From NCBI RefSeq assembly GCF_006345805.1, contig NC_042997.1:206708001-206772000 (forward strand): DNA of 64,000 nucleotides. The letters run 5' to 3'. Each line of letters starts with the position of its first letter. Position 1 is the stretch's first letter. A model generated the notes under the pieces. It was not told where the DNA came from, ran no database searches, and saw only the letters and a list, made by a program, of their open reading frames with translations. Made by a program: the position numbers and the translations under genes. This DNA is from Octopus sinensis. Taxonomy: Eukaryota. Positions 58,640-64,000 of the stretch are shown piece after piece.

Positions 58640-61600
58640 CTTTTGAGTGCTACTGGTAACATGTAACCCCGTACAACCTGTTGCATGGTCGGGCCGTCGG
58701 CGACGAAACCGGCAACCCCACCAAGCTTGCTTCGTGAGGAGGGTGTTTATTGGACACCCTGCAGGATAAAAAACAAAACCCGTCAAAGGGTGGAGGAACT
58801 CTTGAGAGTCAACAGCCATCCAATAAATGTCTTACGGTTGTGTCATTCGTGGGGACATGGAAATAATTGGACTGAATACCCGTTTGCGCGGTTAAACCAT
58901 TGGAAGTAAAGGACTCCTAGCCTTTGTTAGGGCATCCTTCTAGGAGAAAGTAACTCAGGTAACTGGGATAACTCTAACATAAAACCTGTGGCTCAGTGGT
59001 TACCGATGATGTTGACTTGTTCTTCGTTTCGTATTATGGCTGCTGTTGCTTAGTGAGTCGGATTGACTCAGTGCGCAGCCTTTCCTCACTTTAAAAAAAA
59101 ATCTTCTTGCACAGGCATTGCATGATAACAACATTGATTGATTGATTGATTAAATTGATTAACTAATTCATGATTGTTGATGGTGCTGTGAGTCTCAACT
59201 GCATGGCTGGCTGTAGCCTTAAAAAGCAAAAAAATCAATGATGTACCACAACAGTATAAAAATAAATGGCAGCAAGGACTCTGGAACCACATCAGTTGAA
59301 AGAGTCTGGCCTGGCAAGGGCTCCAGAGCATCACAATCTGAACCCGGCCGTCATCGTGCTATTGTGATAGAACCAAAGAAAATATTGAATATTGGCTGTT
59401 GGAATGTACAGACACTGCTTGACCGCAAGTCTTCTGAATGTCCTGAAAGAAGAACTGCGCTTGTTGCAAAGGAGCTTCAACGCTATGATCTTGACATCGT
59501 TGCTTTATCTGAGACGAGATTACCTGGAGATGGTCATCTTACAGAATCTTGTGGAAAATATGCATTCTTTTGGAAAGGGAGGAATGAAGAGTTTTGAGGA
59601 GAAGCTGGAGTGGCATTTGCTGTTAAGACTACTCTTGTGGACAAGTTGGAAGAATTCCCAGTCGGAATTAACAAGCGTCTTATGTCCATGAGAATTCCTT
59701 TGGCTAAAGGAAATTATATGACCTTGGTGAGTGTGTATGCTCTTTGTCCTATACTGATGACGAAAAACTTTCTTTCTACCATGCTTTGAAGGGCATTATA
59801 AGAAATATCCCTTGGGCAGACAAAGTCACCGTACTGGGTGACTTTAATGCTAGAGTGGGTAGGGATTTTAACACATGGACTGTAATTGGAAACCATGGGG
59901 TGGGGAAGTGTAATAGTAATGGCATGCTTTTGCTGCAGATGTGTGAAGAGCTGCGTCTGTGTGTTACCAATACCATGTTTCAACAAAAGAATAAGTTTAA
60001 GACTACATGGATGCACCCTGCATCTAAAGAATGGCATATTCTGGATTACATCCTTGTTAGGGTGCGTGACAGACAGGATGTGCAGTGTGTTCATGTTCTT
60101 CGTGGAGCTGAGTGTTAGACTGACCCCCGCCTAGTACGTGCAAAAGTGAAATTAGTCACAAAACATAAAATTCGAGCTGCAGGGATTACCCTGCCTAAAA
60201 GACTGAATGTTGATCGACCTAGGTGTAATAGTGTGAAGAGAACTTTACGAGAGGAAATGAATGCTGCAGATATTGGGGAGGATTGGCCGACCCTTAAAAA
60301 GTCAGTTTATGATATAGGCAAGAAAGTTCTGGGATTGATACAAAGAAAGCATCAAGATTGGTTTAAAGAAAAGGATGAACATATAGATGATTTATTGGCT
60401 GATAAAATATGTACTTTGTCACGCTATTTGTCAGCAAAGCCACAGGAAAGAGAAATGTTGCATAGGGAACTCGAAGACGTAAAATCACATGTGAAGCAAA
60501 GGCTCTCTCAGATGAGGGATACGTGGTGGAGTAAGAAGGCTGATGAGATACAGGCGGCATCAGATTCCAATAGCACAAAGCTGTTGTATGGTCTCTTGCG
60601 AGAAGTTTATGGACCGACTTCTCTGATGACGCCACTTCGAAGCAGGAATGGTAAAGAACTTCTTCGTGATTCACAAGGAATTCTGCAAAGGTGGCAAGTA
60701 CACTTTGAAGAACTTCTGAATCAGCAGTCTGTAGTTAGTGAGGATGTTCTCAATCTCATCCCTGGATTGCCTGTGAAGGCAGCACTCGCAGAACCACCAA
60801 AGTTGGAAGAAGTTGCAATGGCTGTCTCAAGGTTGAATAATGGGAAGTCTCCGGGTATGGATGGCATACATGCGGAGTTGTTACAGCATGGTGGTGAGAA
60901 AATTCTGTAGAAAAATTGGCTTTTTGTTTCGTAAGATATGGACTAGTGAATCTGTACCTGAGTACTGGAGAGATGCAGTAATGGTGGCCTTGTATAAAGG
61001 AAAGGGCAACAGGAATGATTGTGGTAATTATAGAGGAGTATCATTGTTGTCTGTCTGGATCGTCTGCTGAAATACGTTGCAGATTGTGTTCTTCCAGAAA
61101 GTCAATCTGGCTTTCGTGTGGGACGTGGCACTGCTGATATGATCTTTTCAGGAGAAGTGTGTGGAACAGGGTCTGGATTTGTATCAGGTTTTTGTGAATC
61201 TGACAAAAGCCTTTGAAACTGTCAATAGAAAAGCATTGTGGAGAGTCCTCCAGAAACTTGGATGTCCTGAAAAGTTCCTTGCTTTGGTTAGGTCTTTTCA
61301 TGAAGACATGAATGGTTGGGTGAATGTTAGAGGGAAAATGTTGGAGCCCATTTCAATACAAAATGGAACGAAACAGGGGGATATTCTGGCACCGACCCTA
61401 TTTGCCATATATTTTGCAATGGTGTTCTGAATTGCATTCAGAAACTGCAGATACGGTGTTTACATCCATTATCGAACCTCTGGCAGCATATTTAATATCA
61501 GGCGCTTTGCTGCAAAAACAAAGGTATTTACCTCTATCATAAGAGACCTTTTGTATGCAGATGATTGTGAGCTAGTAGCACACACAGAGATTGATATGCA

Positions 61601-62776
61601 GCACATTTTGAATGCATTCTCTGATGTTTGTACTGCCTTAGGTTGTCATGTACCAACCTGCCCCTGGTAAGAAGTAGAGTGTACCAAATATCTATGTGTA
61701 TGGTAAACAACTTGATGTAGTTGATTAGTTTGTCTACCTGGGAAGCACTATTAATAGATATAGCAATTTGGATGATGAAATTCCATATAGGATTAGGAAA
61801 GCAAGTATTTCTTTCGAAAGGCTAGAAAAGCGCCTCTGGAGTCGGTGAGATATATGCAGAAAGACAAAGATAAAGGTGTACAAGGCATGTGTGCTCCCTC
61901 CTCTTCTCTATGCCGGCGAGACGTGGATCACATATCGATACCACCTTAAACAACTGGAACATTTCCATCAGATGTGTCACAGACGGATCTATGGCATTAA
62001 GGAGGAGGACCGCATCAGTGATCTTGAAATATTAGAAGGCTCTCGGTGTGAAAGTATAGAAGCTCTTGTGTTAAAGCAAAGGCTCAAATGGAGTGGTCAT
62101 CTGGTCAGGATGAAGGATTCAAGGATGCCAAAACAACTCTTTTATGGAGAGTTAGCTAAAGGAGAACGACTTCCACATAAACCAAAAAAGAGGTATAAGG
62201 ACTTGCTAAAGGCTTCCTTCAGAGATGCTAGCATCTCTCCTGACACATGGGAAGGCATAACTATTGATTGTAGCAGGTGGAGAAGGATTGTACATGAGGG
62301 GACAGCCACTTTTCAGAAATCTCGAGTTGCACATGAGAAAGTAAGGAGGGATGTCAGGAAGGGCATCGCTGTAGCACTTTCAGATGGGAAGGGTCTTCCT
62401 ATGATGCTGACATGCAGTGTCTGTGCAAGACCCTGCCTCAGTAAAGCTGGACTCAAGAGTCATCTTTGTAGTCATAAAGCGAGACAGATGAGTGACAACT
62501 TGGCCATTGGTGGTGGTGTAACACACCATACTAATCATATCTGTCGGGCATGTGGAAGAGAGTGTAACTCGGCAGGAGGACTTAAACGACATGCAAAGGT
62601 ACATGAAGCCCAGTTACAACTACACCCGGCTATTACCAGTAAAGGTTTTAGTTGCCAATTCTGTACAAGACATTGTAGATCTTTGGCTGGGCTAAAAAGT
62701 CACATTCGATCACAGCACCGATAACAGTTAAGCTTTGTGCAATGGCCATACTCGATAACGAGGGGGCAGCCATCAT
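58640..62776 (+). mobile_element. RTE-clade LINE, full length but inactivated, with three C-terminal C2H2 fingers
   Basis: 5' UTR 58640-59300; APE (LNIGCWNVQTL, IVALSETR, VLGDFNARVG, WHILDYILV); NGKSPGMDGI; RT (FVNLTKAF, GTKQGDILAP, LYADD); LKWSGHLVRM; three CxxC..HxxxH fingers; (ATGT)n tail. Confidence 0.93.
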
Positions 62777-63099
62777 GTATGTATGCGTGTATGTATGTAT
62801 GCATGTATGTATGTATGTATGCATGTGTATGTATGTATGTGTGTATATATATATCTATGTATGTATGCATGTATATATGCATGTGTATGTATGTTTATAT
62901 ATGCATGTGTATGTATGCATGCGTGTATGTATGCATGTGTATGTATGTGTGAGTGTGTGTGTGTGAGTGTATGTACGTATACAAGTACGTTTTTATGTAT
63001 GTAAGTTTTGTTCCTGTTCCTCTTCAGCAATTCCAAGCCGGTTGCTTATGAATTGACAAGAGTTTTTGAGTTAAAAGAGTTCCCAGCGTTTGTAAATGT

Positions 63100-63340
63100 G
63101 TGGTTGAGTTGGAGTGCAGATTGAACTCTTGATACCCAGACTCAAGCACGTGCATCTATTCAACTAAAAAATCTCTGATGGTAAATCTTTGGAATGTCTT
63201 ACAAAATCTTCCCTGTGCCATGCAGAGATCGGATTTTGGAGGTCTCTTTTGATCTTTCTTCGGAAAAGCCTAAAATTTCCAGGTGGTTGTGTAAGTGTGT
63301 AAGCACATAGCCTAATGCACCTATGGTCATAGGTACAAAC
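63100..63340 (-). mobile_element. RLE LINE 3' fragment
   Basis: Minus strand VPMTIGALGYV, matching the IPIIVGALG motif of the other RLE LINEs. Confidence 0.45.
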
Positions 63341-63344
63341 GAGA

Positions 63345-64000
63345 ATTTATAGTCAGGGTAGAAGCAGTGAAGAAGATGTTTTCCAAAGTTCTACAGCGTG
63401 ATGGTCAGACTTGAGGTATACTGGATTGCGAGACAGTGTGTCAGAGAAAAACGGGATATTGTAGGAGAGAAATGTGAGTGGATGGATAATGGTATGCTTG
63501 CACTCAGTGATGTGGACAAGAGAGAAGCGTGGAAAAGTTACTATGCCAGACTGTTGAATGTAGAGAACGAATGGGATAAAGGGAGTCTCCCTCATGTGAT
63601 CCCAACAGATGGACTGGCTATCCTAGTGGACAGTGGTGTGATAGAGAAGGCAATTAAAAACATGAAAACATGGGAAAGCCCCAGTTCCAACCAGAATCAT
63701 AGCAGAGACGCTCAAAATAAGGCAGGTTATGGGCTTGTCCCCTACATTAGTTAATTAAGTCATTGAGGAAGGTGTAATACCCAGTGACTGGCATTGCAGC
63801 ATCATTGTTAGCTGCTACAAGGATAGATTGAAGCAATTACAGAAGCATCAACTCCTGGACCAGGTGAAGAAAATTACATAGAGAGTTATGGCCCAGAATT
63901 TGGCTTGACCAAATGCAGTTCAGCTTTGTCCAACGAAGAATCAATTCTGATGCTATTTTCATAATCAGGTAATTTCAAGAGAAGAATAAAACATTATAAT
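63345..64000 (+). mobile_element. RTE-type LINE pre-RT/RT fragment running off the window end
   Basis: REAWKSYYARLLNVENEWD, AIKNMK, EGVIPSDW..IIVSCYK, QFSFV..SDAIFIIR. Confidence 0.7.

Noticed and set aside
62700-63036. Short M/Y/V/C-rich and H/T/Y/I-rich ORFs here and at other microsatellites
   Set aside because: Translations of (GTAT)n, (GT)n and (TA)n tracts, not genes

Overview
Eukaryotic, AT-rich, transposon-dense window. The SINE and Penelope families and the microsatellite load suggest an octopod cephalopod (inferred from family resemblance, not checked). One host gene is visible, on the minus strand. Three spliceable coding exons (17956-17782, 7933-7697, 1591-1358; all GT-AG, all phase 1) join into an N-terminal run of RRM-like repeats of the PARP14/PARP10 (NMI/IFP35-like) type. 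The gene continues past the left edge, so no catalytic domain is seen. A candidate non-coding first exon/promoter with a CCAAT box and an IRF-type element lies at ~48330-48400. Most of the rest is mobile DNA, largely decayed: RTE, R4/Dong, CR1 and Tx1 LINEs, several Penelope-like elements, nested Gypsy elements, a solo LTR, Tc1, pogo and Chapaev3-like DNA transposons, Helentron-like non-autonomous elements and tRNA-SINEs. The most interesting signals are (i) hammerhead-ribozyme motifs in Penelope pLTRs, with the best-preserved copies antisense to the host gene; (ii) a 2.1 kb fold-back satellite of palindromic A/T-tract units; (iii) a DD36E-spaced Tc1 transposase; (iv) an RTE ending in three C2H2 fingers; (v) frame-symmetric RRM exons. 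No CRISPR, rRNA or genuine tRNA genes were found. I cannot show that any of these is a wholly new biological system. Identity figures are by-eye estimates.
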